IMG/VR virus record: IMGVR_UViG_3300032295_003840
Span: 32,001-96,000 of that record
Reading direction: 5' to 3' (one strand)
Length of the DNA: 64,000 nt
Source: a virus
Lineage: Duplodnaviria > Caudoviricetes
Shown here: in pieces, positions 44,894-55,392 of the stretch
How the letters are laid out: the number at the start of each line of letters is the position of its first letter
How positions within the stretch are numbered: the stretch's first letter is position 1
Notes under the pieces: generated by a model
Told to the model about the DNA's origin: nothing
Database searches by the model: none
What the model saw: the letters and a program-made list of their open reading frames with translations, nothing else
Translations under genes and position numbers: made by a program

Positions 44894-46527
44894 AGTCTGG
44901 CCTTTCTAAGTTCCATGATGTTATTTATGGCAGGGAAAACCGTTTCAATCACAGGGTTTTCTGGGTTATAGGGCATAGGCTGTTGCGGTTGTCCTTGTGG
45001 ACCCTGCAGTGCCTGGCCAGGTTGTTCTTGCTGAGCTGTCAGTTGTTGCTGTAGGTCAGTGTCGTTGGCTATGGCATCTTTCATTTCGTCGACTTCGTCT
45101 TCGGTAAGATGCAGGATCTTGTCATAGACATACTCACGACTAAAGTAAGTACCAACATGTGGAACTATGGTGTTCAGCAGGTCCAGACGATTACGCAGAA
45201 TTTCGCTTTCCTTGGCCTCGGCTGTGTAGCCATCTTGGGTAAACTCATAGTAGATGTCTTCCTTGATTTTATCCCATTCCTCGGCCTTCATGATGCCCTT
45301 GAGCACCAGCTGAGTCTTCAGCAAGTCGTCGAATAGCTCGGCAAACTTTTTGCGAAGTCTGCTAATAAATTTACTGAACTTGAGTTCGTCTCGGGTAATC
45401 TCGGCCTGGCGGCCAAAGTTCATGCCTGTCTCGGGCTTCATGCGGCTCAGTGGTACATTGAGCGACTGATATAATTTGTTCTGAAAATAGTTGATGTCGT
45501 TGATCTCGCCCAGATTCTGGCCGCCATCTAATGTGGTGATCTCTGTGCCTTTGCCGCCTTCACGACGTGGCATCCAGAAGTCTTCCAACATGGACATTGT
45601 TTTCTTCTCGTCACGAACTTCGCCAGTGCTGGCATCATAGGTGACCTTGTTGCGATACTGATTCATGATCGACTTGACATACTGCTCGGCCTTGACCTTG
45701 GGCAGGTTACCAACGTCGATGTAGAAAATTCTGCGCTCGGGTGCGCGTGACATGCGGTAAATCACCAGACTGTCTTCCACCATGCGCAGTTGATTAACTG
45801 TCTTGATGGCTTTGTTTAGATGACTCAGCACCATGTTGCGATCTAAATCCAGCAGTCCACTGGTGCAGTAGGTAATGCTGTCTGGGCTGATGCGCAGTCC
45901 CTGGCTCTGATTGGCAGTGCTGGGCACCGTGGCAATCAGTCCTTTTTCATTGTAGATAAAAAATTCTTCGATGTTGGTGATGAACTCAACACCGGTCTTC
46001 TGATCTTTTTGCTTGTTAATTTTGCGCACTTTTTTGATCTTACGTGGATCAATGTAGCGCAATTCCTGAATGCCCTGCTTGGCATTGGCAGTATTGACAA
46101 TCTTGTGGTAATAGATTCTGCCGTCGATGTACCAGCGTTTAAAAATGTCATGTGCCTTGCTGTTAAAGTCCAGCATCTTCAGCACATTGTCGAACTCTTC
46201 TTCGATTAAATTTTTAACGCTTTTACTAAGCTCGACCTTTTCCAGATCAATTTTAACCACTGCCTCGTCATCCTGTGCTGAGACAGCTTCATTGACAATG
46301 TCTTCAATGGCGCTGTCACAGTCAGGATAGTTACTGGCATCACGATAACGACTGATTAAATCGTTCTCGGTCTTGGCTATGACATCAATGTCAATGTAGG
46401 TGTTGTAGAAGCCACTGACGTTGACCGTGGTTGCGCCTTCGTCGTCAGTAGGAGGTACGAAGCTCTGTCTAGGAGCCTCGTCCTTTTTCTTCTGTATAGT
46501 ATAACCAAATAATGTAAGATCGGCCAT
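44890..46527 (-). CDS. 20: Portal protein gp20
   Basis: WYIDGR, RAPERRIFYIDVGNLPK, EDFWMPRREGGKGTEI motifs. Confidence 0.97.
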   Translation of the reverse strand: MADLTLFGYTIQKKKDEAPRQSFVPPTDDEGATTVNVSGFYNTYIDIDVIAKTENDLISRYRDASNYPDCDSAIEDIVNEAVSAQDDEAVVKIDLEKVELSKSVKNLIEEEFDNVLKMLDFNSKAHDIFKRWYIDGRIYYHKIVNTANAKQGIQELRYIDPRKIKKVRKINKQKDQKTGVEFITNIEEFFIYNEKGLIATVPSTANQSQGLRISPDSITYCTSGLLDLDRNMVLSHLNKAIKTVNQLRMVEDSLVIYRMSRAPERRIFYIDVGNLPKVKAEQYVKSIMNQYRNKVTYDASTGEVRDEKKTMSMLEDFWMPRREGGKGTEITTLDGGQNLGEINDINYFQNKLYQSLNVPLSRMKPETGMNFGRQAEITRDELKFSKFISRLRKKFAELFDDLLKTQLVLKGIMKAEEWDKIKEDIYYEFTQDGYTAEAKESEILRNRLDLLNTIVPHVGTYFSREYVYDKILHLTEDEVDEMKDAIANDTDLQQQLTAQQEQPGQALQGPQGQPQQPMPYNPENPVIETVFPAINNIMELRKARL

Positions 46528-46545
46528 GCCTTGTCCTGTCAAAAA

Positions 46546-47154
46546 TTAAATACCTAAAATACCGCGACCCCGACCAATGGTATTGTTCACGATGTTACCT
46601 ACGCTCAACGATCCGCTCAGGGCTGTGGTATAATGCTGGAACTGGAAGGTGCAGGTATAGGTTTCAATGGTGTCGTTGTCACCATAGTTCAGTGCAATCT
46701 CCGATAAGTCTACGGGGAAGGCGCTGGCCAGGGTGTAGATCTTCAGAGGATTGTTGTTGCGATCCAGCTGGGTTACTGAAATGTTGACCTGATATTCACG
46801 TGGATTGGTGATACCGTTGTTGTTGACTAGTCCGTTCATGCCGTTCATCCAGGCTTCTAAACTGTTGCGAATGTTGAAGCTGACGTCGTTCATGATGGTT
46901 ACTGTCCAGGGAGCAAAAGTTCGCTCGCCGGCAAATTTGACCTCACGGCCACGATACTGAACAATGGTTGGGTTGACTACGCTGCCTGGTAAGCTGGTTG
47001 CGCTGCACAGGAACGCTGCCTGTGGTGTTGCAGCGCCGCCAGTGGGAACATAACCAGGAAAGTTCAGAGCCACGAAAAACTGATTGGCGCGTGCACCGCC
47101 ACCAATCATCGCGGCCTTGAACTGATCAACGTTAAAAATTGATCTTTCTGCCAT
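46546..47154 (-). CDS. 19: Tail tube protein gp19
   Basis: GGARANQF, GERTFAPWTVTIMND motifs. Confidence 0.93.
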   Translation of the reverse strand: MAERSIFNVDQFKAAMIGGGARANQFFVALNFPGYVPTGGAATPQAAFLCSATSLPGSVVNPTIVQYRGREVKFAGERTFAPWTVTIMNDVSFNIRNSLEAWMNGMNGLVNNNGITNPREYQVNISVTQLDRNNNPLKIYTLASAFPVDLSEIALNYGDNDTIETYTCTFQFQHYTTALSGSLSVGNIVNNTIGRGRGILGI

Positions 47155-47179
47155 TTTTTATTCTCCTGTTAAAAACCTA

Positions 47180-49111
47180 TTAAGCGCCAACTTCTTCGAA
47201 ACTTACGCTGCTGCGTGTTGCCACGAAGTTCAGGGTAATGAAGTTGATGCTCTTGTTGGGCTTGATGTAAATGTCGGCTACAAATTCGTTGCGGTCAACG
47301 ACTTCGCCAGTGTTGTTGGTCTCATCGCAGACAACACGGAAGTCAGTGATACCACGACGGCCCTGTACGTCACGCAGGAATGGCTCAACCAGACTGACAA
47401 ACTGTGCACGAGTGAATCCATCGTTGAATTCAAACAGCTGGAACTTGGCAGCGGTTGCAATGGCTTTTTCCAGGACAATGAACAGTCTACGTACATTGAT
47501 GCGATCAAATGCGCTGGGCTTCTGTGTGCAGGTCTTGTCGCCGAACAGCACTGTGCCCAGACCAGGCTGTGTTACCACAGGGTTGATCTGATTGCGATAC
47601 AGGTTGTCACGGTCGGTCTTGTTGGGACTCCAGTTTAGCTTGACCAGGTTCTTGACCTGACCGCGTGTATAACCGCCAGGGCTATACCAGGGTTCAGTGG
47701 TCTCGTCGGTACGAACGCAAACACCAGCAGTGTCGGCAGCCAAGGGTACATAGCGGTACACATCATTGTAGCGATCGTACTGATATTTCCAGCCGCTGTC
47801 CATGACAGCAAATGTTGAGTCTTTGTTGAAATTGGCGAGACGATCATTGACAACCGCAGTAGCTGTCAGCAGATTGGCCGAGGTTGGACTGGTGAATACC
47901 AGGCAATCACGACGCACTTCGGCTACATTGTCAACAACATAGCGTGCAGTAGCATTGTCAGCACTGACACCAACCACAGGAATTAGACTTACGTCAAACA
48001 ATTCGGCATTGGCCAGCTTGGCATATTCGGCCTGCAGCAAACCATCGGTGGGTGTGCTGGCAACGCCGCCGCTGAAGCTGCGAGTCTGAACCTGGCTCAT
48101 TAGATTGAAGCCTGTGCCGTCGGTGGGGATGACACTTTCCCAGGTCACACTGTTGGCTGCGCTGCTGGTGGTCAGTGCAGTCTTGCTACCGTAGCGAATC
48201 CAGGCACTGCCCAGATTGATGTAGTTGCGATAGTATAGGTTAGTGCCATCGGTGCTGCGTGCATCGGTGCCCTTGCTCAGACCCTGATGCTTTTCCAGTA
48301 TGGTTCCTGCAGTACCAGTAATACCACCGTCTTCGTCAACAACTATGACATGAAGTTCGTCATAGATTGTGGCAGTGGCTGCGGTTACGCCGGCCTTCTC
48401 CAGAGCGAAGCGGGTATGTGTTGGGCGGCTTTCAACTTCTTGCCAGAATTCCCAGAGCATGGTAGCACTGGTTGTGCTGGCTTCGGTGATGGCGTTGTTG
48501 ACAAATGCAACAGTGGTTGCGCCGCTGGCTGCGTCAGCAGTAAGTTTAAAGCGATAGGCTACGCCACTGTAGATGACTTCTAACCAGCTGCCCTTGGGTG
48601 CTGGACGAGTCAGTGCCGACACAACTGCACCTGTGGTGTAGATTGTGCTGATTGCGCTGAGCTGTACAGTGAACTGATAGCTGTTGTAATCGCAGACGCT
48701 GACCTTGAGATTGTCACCCAGGGTGCCTGCGAAACGAGCCACATATTCGGTGCCAGTCAGGGTTGGTGCTGTATAGCCACGATCACCATTGTAGTGATCA
48801 TCATTGTCAATGCGAACTGCTGAACCCAGAGCAACGCTGTTGCGTGCTGAGTCGCTGATAATACGGTTAACCTGCAGGTTGTTGCCGTAGCTCAGGAAGT
48901 TGGCTGCAGTAAACCAGTATTTAAAGTTGTTGTCGTCGGGACGGCCAAATACTTCGTACAGCGTTTTTTCGCTGTCAACTGTGACGAATTCCTTGGCAGG
49001 GCCCCAGTTAAAGTGTCCCACGAAGGCGCCAGCTGTGGTGGCAACCTGGGGAACAAATAGGCTAACGTCGCGCTCTTGAACTAATACGTTAGGCGAAACT
49101 TGAAAAGGCAT
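47180..49111 (-). CDS. 18: Tail sheath protein gp18
   Basis: ANFLSYGN, GDKT, FDRINVRRLF, FEFND motifs. Confidence 0.96.
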   Translation of the reverse strand: MPFQVSPNVLVQERDVSLFVPQVATTAGAFVGHFNWGPAKEFVTVDSEKTLYEVFGRPDDNNFKYWFTAANFLSYGNNLQVNRIISDSARNSVALGSAVRIDNDDHYNGDRGYTAPTLTGTEYVARFAGTLGDNLKVSVCDYNSYQFTVQLSAISTIYTTGAVVSALTRPAPKGSWLEVIYSGVAYRFKLTADAASGATTVAFVNNAITEASTTSATMLWEFWQEVESRPTHTRFALEKAGVTAATATIYDELHVIVVDEDGGITGTAGTILEKHQGLSKGTDARSTDGTNLYYRNYINLGSAWIRYGSKTALTTSSAANSVTWESVIPTDGTGFNLMSQVQTRSFSGGVASTPTDGLLQAEYAKLANAELFDVSLIPVVGVSADNATARYVVDNVAEVRRDCLVFTSPTSANLLTATAVVNDRLANFNKDSTFAVMDSGWKYQYDRYNDVYRYVPLAADTAGVCVRTDETTEPWYSPGGYTRGQVKNLVKLNWSPNKTDRDNLYRNQINPVVTQPGLGTVLFGDKTCTQKPSAFDRINVRRLFIVLEKAIATAAKFQLFEFNDGFTRAQFVSLVEPFLRDVQGRRGITDFRVVCDETNNTGEVVDRNEFVADIYIKPNKSINFITLNFVATRSSVSFEEVGA

Positions 49112-49167
49112 GGTATTCTCCTTGGATATAAACCTTCAACGTCGAACCAAAAATTCGGGATCACCTT

Positions 49168-49175
49168 TATTTATA
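49168..49175 (-). promoter_or_regulatory. T4 late promoter
   Basis: TATAAATA upstream of gp18. Confidence 0.8.
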
Positions 49176-49186
49176 ATTATCTGTAT

Positions 49187-50875
49187 TTAGAGCCAGTTCG
49201 TTGAGGGTTTTTGAACAGTCCATAGATCTCCAGCTTCCAGGAACTGCTCGGGTTTTTCATCTTCACGCCCATCGGCAATAAAGCCAAAGGGTGTGAGTTC
49301 TTCTTCGATTTGTCGAATCTGATTTTCGTACATGGTGGTACGAATATTCATGTTGGTTAAATCACGAAAATATGGATTGGTTGTCAGCCAGGCAAACAAC
49401 ACCAGCGTCATCACCATGTCATCGTGATATCCTTCGTCGGCACTGTAGCTGCCCTTGTTGTCCTCGACGAAGGTTGAGAATTCTGAGATTACGTCGCTGT
49501 CCCAGATCAGCAGACGCTGTCCTTCCACCAGAGTCTTGAGCTGACTGCAGCCCACGCGCTTGACCTTTTTATCGGTGCGCACGCCTGACTGTATGGTGCG
49601 TCCAGCAAAACCACCGCTCACAACCTGCCCCTTGGCTGAGTCACGGCTAATCCAGAGCATGTTTTCATATTCCAATTCATGATACAGGATGTCGGCAACC
49701 TGTTGTCCATTGTCATTGATTTCCACCATGATGTGAGCATTGTTATAGTTGCGAGCCACGGTGTGAATCATGGTGGGATACAGCATGGGGCTGAGCTTGT
49801 TGTTGCGATACTTGGCCACCAGGCGATAGGGACTTTCAGTGACATCAATTACAGCAAAGGCATGATAATCGCCGCCCACACCGCGGCTGGTGTCCACGGT
49901 TATGACATAGGCGTTGTCGGGTTTGGTGACCTTGCCCTCGGCATCGCGCTCGCCACGCACAGGCTCTTCATAGACATCCAGATAGTCACGACTGTAGATG
50001 GGTTTCTTGGCGCTGAATCGACTCAATGTGTCGGCATCCAGCAAGGTATAGCTGGAACCCAGGAAGTTACACAGAACCTCCTGTGTAAATTTAACGTCGC
50101 CCAGAATAGCCTTTTGTTCATTGGCCCAGCGTTCATCGCGACCAGGTATGGCTGTGTAGGGTATGAACAGGTTCACAAAGTCATTGTTGCCCTGTTCGGC
50201 ATCGTTCCAGAACTTCCAGAAGTGATTGTAGCCCAGAGGGGTTGATGACATCAGCACCTTGGTGGTCTCACCGGCCATGATGGTCGGATAAGTGGCTGTG
50301 AAGAACTCTTCGGCTATGTTGTTGGGTATGATGGCGGCTTCGTCGATGTACAACCAGTTCACGGACTTACCACGGATACCAGATGCGGCGGTGGCTGCGG
50401 TAAATACCTTGCTCCCGTTCTCTAATTCTATCGAACCTTTGTTCCATTCTTTGACGCCTTGTTGCAGCCACATGGGCAGATGTTCATACATGTTCTGATA
50501 TCGACTCATGACCTCCCGAGCCGCTGCAGCTTTGTTGGCCAAGATGGCCACGGTCTTGTTGTCCTGGAATAACGTGTACCAGAGAATGCAGGCAGCCGAC
50601 GTAATAGTCTTGCCCTGCTGACGGCCTTCCATCAGTATAACCTTGCGGTTGTTCAGGATGACGTTGACTTTTTCTTTCTGGCATTCATAGAGCTTGAAGG
50701 GTACCAGACCCTTGTCCAGACTTACAATCTTGCAGTAGCTCTCTATGAAGTAGACAGGGTCTTCAATGCAATGAGCAATTTCTTCGATGTGCCAGGGTTC
50801 AAAATCAAAGGCAAATCCAATCTGCTTTAGATTGCTGTTGCCATTATAACTTGGACGTGTTCGGCGCAGTAGCAT
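49187..50875 (-). CDS. 17: Terminase large subunit gp17
   Basis: GRQQGKT, YIDEAA, STPLG, DTSRGVGGD, HDDMVM motifs. Confidence 0.96.
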   Translation of the reverse strand: MLLRRTRPSYNGNSNLKQIGFAFDFEPWHIEEIAHCIEDPVYFIESYCKIVSLDKGLVPFKLYECQKEKVNVILNNRKVILMEGRQQGKTITSAACILWYTLFQDNKTVAILANKAAAAREVMSRYQNMYEHLPMWLQQGVKEWNKGSIELENGSKVFTAATAASGIRGKSVNWLYIDEAAIIPNNIAEEFFTATYPTIMAGETTKVLMSSTPLGYNHFWKFWNDAEQGNNDFVNLFIPYTAIPGRDERWANEQKAILGDVKFTQEVLCNFLGSSYTLLDADTLSRFSAKKPIYSRDYLDVYEEPVRGERDAEGKVTKPDNAYVITVDTSRGVGGDYHAFAVIDVTESPYRLVAKYRNNKLSPMLYPTMIHTVARNYNNAHIMVEINDNGQQVADILYHELEYENMLWISRDSAKGQVVSGGFAGRTIQSGVRTDKKVKRVGCSQLKTLVEGQRLLIWDSDVISEFSTFVEDNKGSYSADEGYHDDMVMTLVLFAWLTTNPYFRDLTNMNIRTTMYENQIRQIEEELTPFGFIADGREDEKPEQFLEAGDLWTVQKPSTNWL

Positions 50876-51299
50876 CGATTATGTTCTCATTCTTAGATCT
50901 CAGAGCCTTGAGCAGCTCGTTGGTGGATCCAGCAAATACTATGTTGTTCTGTGTACCAATCTGCTGTGGCTTGGCTTCCTCAGGATCACGCAGGTCTTTA
51001 CGAGCCTTTTGCAGCGCCAGCAGATCCTTGGCAGTCTCGGCCACGGTCTTGATTAATTGTCCAGTGACTTCATAGGCACGGGGATGATCGCTCTGACGTG
51101 CTACATCGATCATGCCATCCAAGGCCTGTTCGCCCTTGGTGATTAGATTACGCAGGGTAGTGCGTGCCTGATCAAAATCGTCGTCGACATTGTTGGCTGT
51201 GACTACGGCAGGCAGGGCCGCATCAACGCGAGCCGGCAGAGCCGATGGCACAGTATTAAATTTGCTGTCCAGCGCCGCAAAGACATCTTTATCTTGCAA
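50844..51299 (-). CDS. 16: Terminase small subunit gp16
   Basis: HPRAYEV, FAGSTNEL motifs. Confidence 0.9.
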   Translation of the reverse strand: MQDKDVFAALDSKFNTVPSALPARVDAALPAVVTANNVDDDFDQARTTLRNLITKGEQALDGMIDVARQSDHPRAYEVTGQLIKTVAETAKDLLALQKARKDLRDPEEAKPQQIGTQNNIVFAGSTNELLKALRSKNENIIDATAPNTSKL

Positions 51300-53094
51300 T
51301 TGTAAACCCTCGTGTATCCCAACCCAGGAACGCCGGTGTTCCGGTGCTAGCCAAGGGCTGACCAGCCATGTTTTGTCCAGCTATGGCATAGCGTATGATG
51401 GCACCCGAGGTTGATCCCCATACTGTGGAGCCTGCTACAATGTTATCAGGGATCAGTTCATTGCCAGGAGACACTGTCAACATTTTGGTGTGTATAGAGG
51501 TCACACTGGCCACAGTATCTTTGACAACCTGAGTTGGTCCATTGGTTGGGCCTGAATTTATGTTGGCTCCATAGGCCGTGGCATTGGAGCTGGCCCAGGG
51601 TTCGCCAAAGAACACCACGGCATTGGTGATCAGAGTGGTGTTGTGAATTACATTGATCTCAGCAGTAATGCCAGGCAATGGTGGTATGGCTCGGATCAAT
51701 ATTGAACTGTACAGTGCTGCGTTGGCAGTAGTAGCCACCGAGGACAGCAGCAGACCCTGATGTGAGAGCAGACTGTCCACAGTAAGTTTAGTGAACGACG
51801 TTGTTTCAACCGACGATGAATGATTGGGGCCGGCGCCAGTGTTGGCATAGCTGAGTCGCAGTACATTGCCGCCAGCGTTGGTGGTTACAAAGGGTAGTGG
51901 ATCTATACTGGTGTTCAGAGTTCTAAAACAGCCCAGTCTGCGCACTACTCGGTACGCACTGCCGCCCTGAGCGCTGGCCAGTTTGCTTTCAGTTATAGAG
52001 TAGCTCGACGAATTTGTGGCAACAATGTCTGCGCCGCCAGTGCCTTCATCGACTATGAGATACACATAGTACCAGGTACCAGTGTTAATGGTATCCAAGC
52101 TGGCCTGACCATTGGTTGCGGTCCAAGTACCTGCATTGTCCCAGGCTCTGGACATTTCAACAGTAGCCGCCACAAAAGAACGAACTTCAGTGCTGGTCAC
52201 CACAGTAGCACCAGTAACACTGAAACTATAATGTACAGCTGCGCCTGGGCTAACAACTAAACGCAGTGGAGTTCCTCGGATATTATAGGTCAATCCACTG
52301 ATGAAGTCAGGAAAGAATCTGCCGTCGATGCTGACTGATCGGTTTTCCGACAATGCGCCACCACCGGATACTCCGCGTGCTCCAGTAACAGTGCTGGTAC
52401 CATTGGCAAACCCACGACGCGATATGGCTTCCTGTACAAAGCCGCTGTGTACAATGGTGCCGCTGCTATCGCTGGGAGACTTATAGTCGTCGCTGTTGAT
52501 GATAGGGGTACGATATAATATAATGCCTGACGATCCAGTGCTGATCATCATGCTGCTGACGCCACTTTCTTCGGCGTTGTTTCTGAATACAGTCAGACCG
52601 TCTATGCCACCGATTGCCACACCACGATTGGTGATGGCCAGACTGGTGGCCTGTGCATTGCCCATGCCAAAAAACCAGGCACCACGGGTAGCCGCAGTGG
52701 ACCCTGTGGTGGTAGCAGCCATGCGCCACATACGACGGCCATTGAAAATCATTTCCAGCGAATTGGGGATGCTGGTGTATTCTTCGTCAGTACCAGCTTT
52801 GCCTGTGTTGTTGGTTAAAATCAGTACTGAACTACCATTGCCAGACAAGGTCTTGAGCATGGTGCTGGAGCTGGGTATGAACTGATTGTTGATGGGACTC
52901 CAGCCCAGCATGTCTCCCACAGCAGGCGCACCAATCAAGGGTGTGCCCAGATCAATGCGCAGTGAGCCCGTGGCCGATCCTGCTAACTGTGTATAGAGTT
53001 CAGAAAAATTAGCGTTGATCTTGGTACCACCGGCATACAGACTATCGCCATCGTTGTTGTTGGGTGTTCCAAGAAAGATTGTTTGCAATGCCAT
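51289..53094 (-). CDS. Baseplate/tail-fibre-type structural protein
   Basis: N-terminal GTPNNNDGDSLYAGGTKINANFSELY (gp9/gp10-type motif); Thr/Ser/Gly rich. Confidence 0.7.
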   Translation of the reverse strand: MALQTIFLGTPNNNDGDSLYAGGTKINANFSELYTQLAGSATGSLRIDLGTPLIGAPAVGDMLGWSPINNQFIPSSSTMLKTLSGNGSSVLILTNNTGKAGTDEEYTSIPNSLEMIFNGRRMWRMAATTTGSTAATRGAWFFGMGNAQATSLAITNRGVAIGGIDGLTVFRNNAEESGVSSMMISTGSSGIILYRTPIINSDDYKSPSDSSGTIVHSGFVQEAISRRGFANGTSTVTGARGVSGGGALSENRSVSIDGRFFPDFISGLTYNIRGTPLRLVVSPGAAVHYSFSVTGATVVTSTEVRSFVAATVEMSRAWDNAGTWTATNGQASLDTINTGTWYYVYLIVDEGTGGADIVATNSSSYSITESKLASAQGGSAYRVVRRLGCFRTLNTSIDPLPFVTTNAGGNVLRLSYANTGAGPNHSSSVETTSFTKLTVDSLLSHQGLLLSSVATTANAALYSSILIRAIPPLPGITAEINVIHNTTLITNAVVFFGEPWASSNATAYGANINSGPTNGPTQVVKDTVASVTSIHTKMLTVSPGNELIPDNIVAGSTVWGSTSGAIIRYAIAGQNMAGQPLASTGTPAFLGWDTRGFTIAR

Positions 53095-53107
53095 GTCTGT
53101 ATCCTAG

Positions 53108-53866
53108 TTAAAATGTACTCTCATCGGAAGTACTGACGAAATCAAAGTCATCCGACGGTGTAGCAGTCAGTGGATTGGTTGTCTCGGTATATTTAGCCAA
53201 TTGGTTTTCCAGCTCAGGATCGTTGAACACATTGGCTATGGCGCTGCGAATTATGGTCTGACGCTCTATGGGTCCATAGTAGTAGAGCTTCAGAGTAAAG
53301 GTATAGGTCCAGATTATGGTGCGCCGTCCCTGTACCTCGCCTTCGAAGTCATCCTGGAAACTTACACTGTTTAAGATGATGGGTAGATCGTGTTTGATGT
53401 TCAGCTCAGGAATATAGTTTACAGTGACATTGAAATCAGGATTAAAGGCAGGCGCAATTTGTTCAAAGATCTGCAGGCCATCGTCCTGATTTTTAGCATA
53501 GGCGTAGAGATTCACAGTCAGGTTATAGGGTGTGGGACCATAGACACGTTTAGCCTGAGTCTGTCCTGTGACCGCACTGGTGGGATTCATGTTGTTGATT
53601 TTTCTGGCACCGTCATACTCAAAGGCTATGACTTCAAAACTTAGCCGTGGTAGTATGACCTGCTGTCTGACAACATCGGCATCGGGCAGTTGTGCTATGC
53701 GAGTCAGCATCTTGTTCTTGGGAGCATAGGCCAAGGGTACGCGCAGACTCTGCACAACATTGCCTGCAGCATCTCGGCGTCGAATCTGCAGGTTGTTGAA
53801 CATTACGCCAAAGGCTATGATGGCCTTGCGTGTTATGCTGTGATAGAATACTTTGTTTTCAAACAT
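53108..53866 (-). CDS. 15: Tail sheath stabilizer gp15
   Basis: FGVMFNN, VPLAYAPK, LPRLSFE motifs. Confidence 0.93.
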   Translation of the reverse strand: MFENKVFYHSITRKAIIAFGVMFNNLQIRRRDAAGNVVQSLRVPLAYAPKNKMLTRIAQLPDADVVRQQVILPRLSFEVIAFEYDGARKINNMNPTSAVTGQTQAKRVYGPTPYNLTVNLYAYAKNQDDGLQIFEQIAPAFNPDFNVTVNYIPELNIKHDLPIILNSVSFQDDFEGEVQGRRTIIWTYTFTLKLYYYGPIERQTIIRSAIANVFNDPELENQLAKYTETTNPLTATPSDDFDFVSTSDESTF

Positions 53867-54636
53867 TATCGTGTCACCACTTCACCAAAGGGATTGATGG
53901 TTGAGAAATCCAGGATCTCCAGTGCCTCGTTGCTGAAATCTTCGTTGTCGCTCAGCACATCCTGACCCTTGACAGTGTAGCCTTCGAACAACAACTGGCC
54001 AGTGTCGCTGTCCAGCCAGGCCGGTGTATCCAGCAGCAGACGACTTCCGTCTTCCAACACCAATCCGTAGAGATCGGTGTCCTGACTCAGCTGATCTTCT
54101 ATGGCATCGACTTCGGCTATGCCAGTATCGAACCGCTCTGAGCTGTACTGGTAGAGTTCACAGTAGAGTTTATAGACGTAGAGTTTGCCCAGCTGATAGA
54201 ATGGGTCCTTGGTTTCTACCTTTTTAACTTCAAAGTAACTCTTGGTCAAGGGCAGATAGATTAAATCGCCTTCGGCTGGACGATTGGGCAGGGGTATGGA
54301 ATTGCTGCGGCCCTTGCCTACAACATCTTCCCAGCGACCACGAACCAGCACAAAGGTGGCTGTTTCACGCAGCTCAATGCCAAATTTGGACATGAGTTCG
54401 CCTTCGCCGCCAAACCCATCGACATTCTCCAGATACATTTCCAGGGGCAGAGCATTGTCAAACTTGCTCAGTGTATCGTCGGCAAAGAAGGTGTCTTCAT
54501 TGACTTCGGTGCGGGGCAGATAGTAGACATCGAATCCATAGATCTTGATGCTCTCTGTGATCAGACTTTCTATGAGTCGTTGTTCACTGGTACGGCCTCC
54601 AGGTACGCCACTTTGAAAATAAAAGTTGGTGGCCAT
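53866..54636 (-). CDS. 14: Neck protein gp14
   Basis: YYLPR, RPAEGDLIY, PFYQLGK, INPFGE motifs. Confidence 0.93.
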   Translation of the reverse strand: MATNFYFQSGVPGGRTSEQRLIESLITESIKIYGFDVYYLPRTEVNEDTFFADDTLSKFDNALPLEMYLENVDGFGGEGELMSKFGIELRETATFVLVRGRWEDVVGKGRSNSIPLPNRPAEGDLIYLPLTKSYFEVKKVETKDPFYQLGKLYVYKLYCELYQYSSERFDTGIAEVDAIEDQLSQDTDLYGLVLEDGSRLLLDTPAWLDSDTGQLLFEGYTVKGQDVLSDNEDFSNEALEILDFSTINPFGEVVTR

Positions 54637-54639
54637 GTA

Positions 54640-55383
54640 TTATCCCACCATGAAGTTGGGCGGCTCTACATAGGTGCTCTGCATCTCAGTTTCCAGATAA
54701 CGAATTTCTTCTATAGCCTCGTCATAGATTTTCTGACCATTGAGTGTGACGCCACCAGGCATCTGTATGCCTTCGAACTTTTTAAGATTGGCACCCCACT
54801 GACGTTTGATCAGAGCCGTGGCATAGCGTTTCAAGAAGCGATCATTGTAGACATCGGTATAGGTATTGGGGTTCAGTATCTTGTAGGCTTCCACCAGAAT
54901 AAACTCACCCTCGCTGATGTCGGTTTGCCAGCCCATGTCAATGTGCAGACGATTCTGATGTCGCTGGAATCTGAAACTCTTGCTGCCCACCAGCAGCTGA
55001 TCAATCAAGGATAGCTGTTGTTTGACCTGCTCATAGTAGATGATCGACGTGTTCAGCAGATCAAACATATCATTGAGACGCAGCTGATAGCGTATGTCCC
55101 ACATATAGGCCTGACCAGTGTTGATGGCACTGAAGGGCAGCACTCGAACTACACCTATGATGCTGTCGTCCAGATCAATGTAGGTATTGGTCTGGTTGCT
55201 GCTAGTGACCTGATGTTTCAGGTAAATGCGCTCTATGGCATCATAGTGATAGTCCTGATAGTACTGAAACGCTTCGTCGATGCGATCGCTGACCTGATCG
55301 TCATCGACGTTGACTTCCAACACAGGATGCCCCAGCTCTCTGAGGCAATAGTCTATGAGTCCCTGTCTGCTACTTACCGTCAT
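54640..55383 (-). CDS. 13: Neck protein gp13
   Basis: YCLRELGHPV, KRQWGANLKKF, PGGVTLNG motifs. Confidence 0.93.
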   Translation of the reverse strand: MTVSSRQGLIDYCLRELGHPVLEVNVDDDQVSDRIDEAFQYYQDYHYDAIERIYLKHQVTSSNQTNTYIDLDDSIIGVVRVLPFSAINTGQAYMWDIRYQLRLNDMFDLLNTSIIYYEQVKQQLSLIDQLLVGSKSFRFQRHQNRLHIDMGWQTDISEGEFILVEAYKILNPNTYTDVYNDRFLKRYATALIKRQWGANLKKFEGIQMPGGVTLNGQKIYDEAIEEIRYLETEMQSTYVEPPNFMVG

Positions 55384-55392
55384 GGTTTCTCC

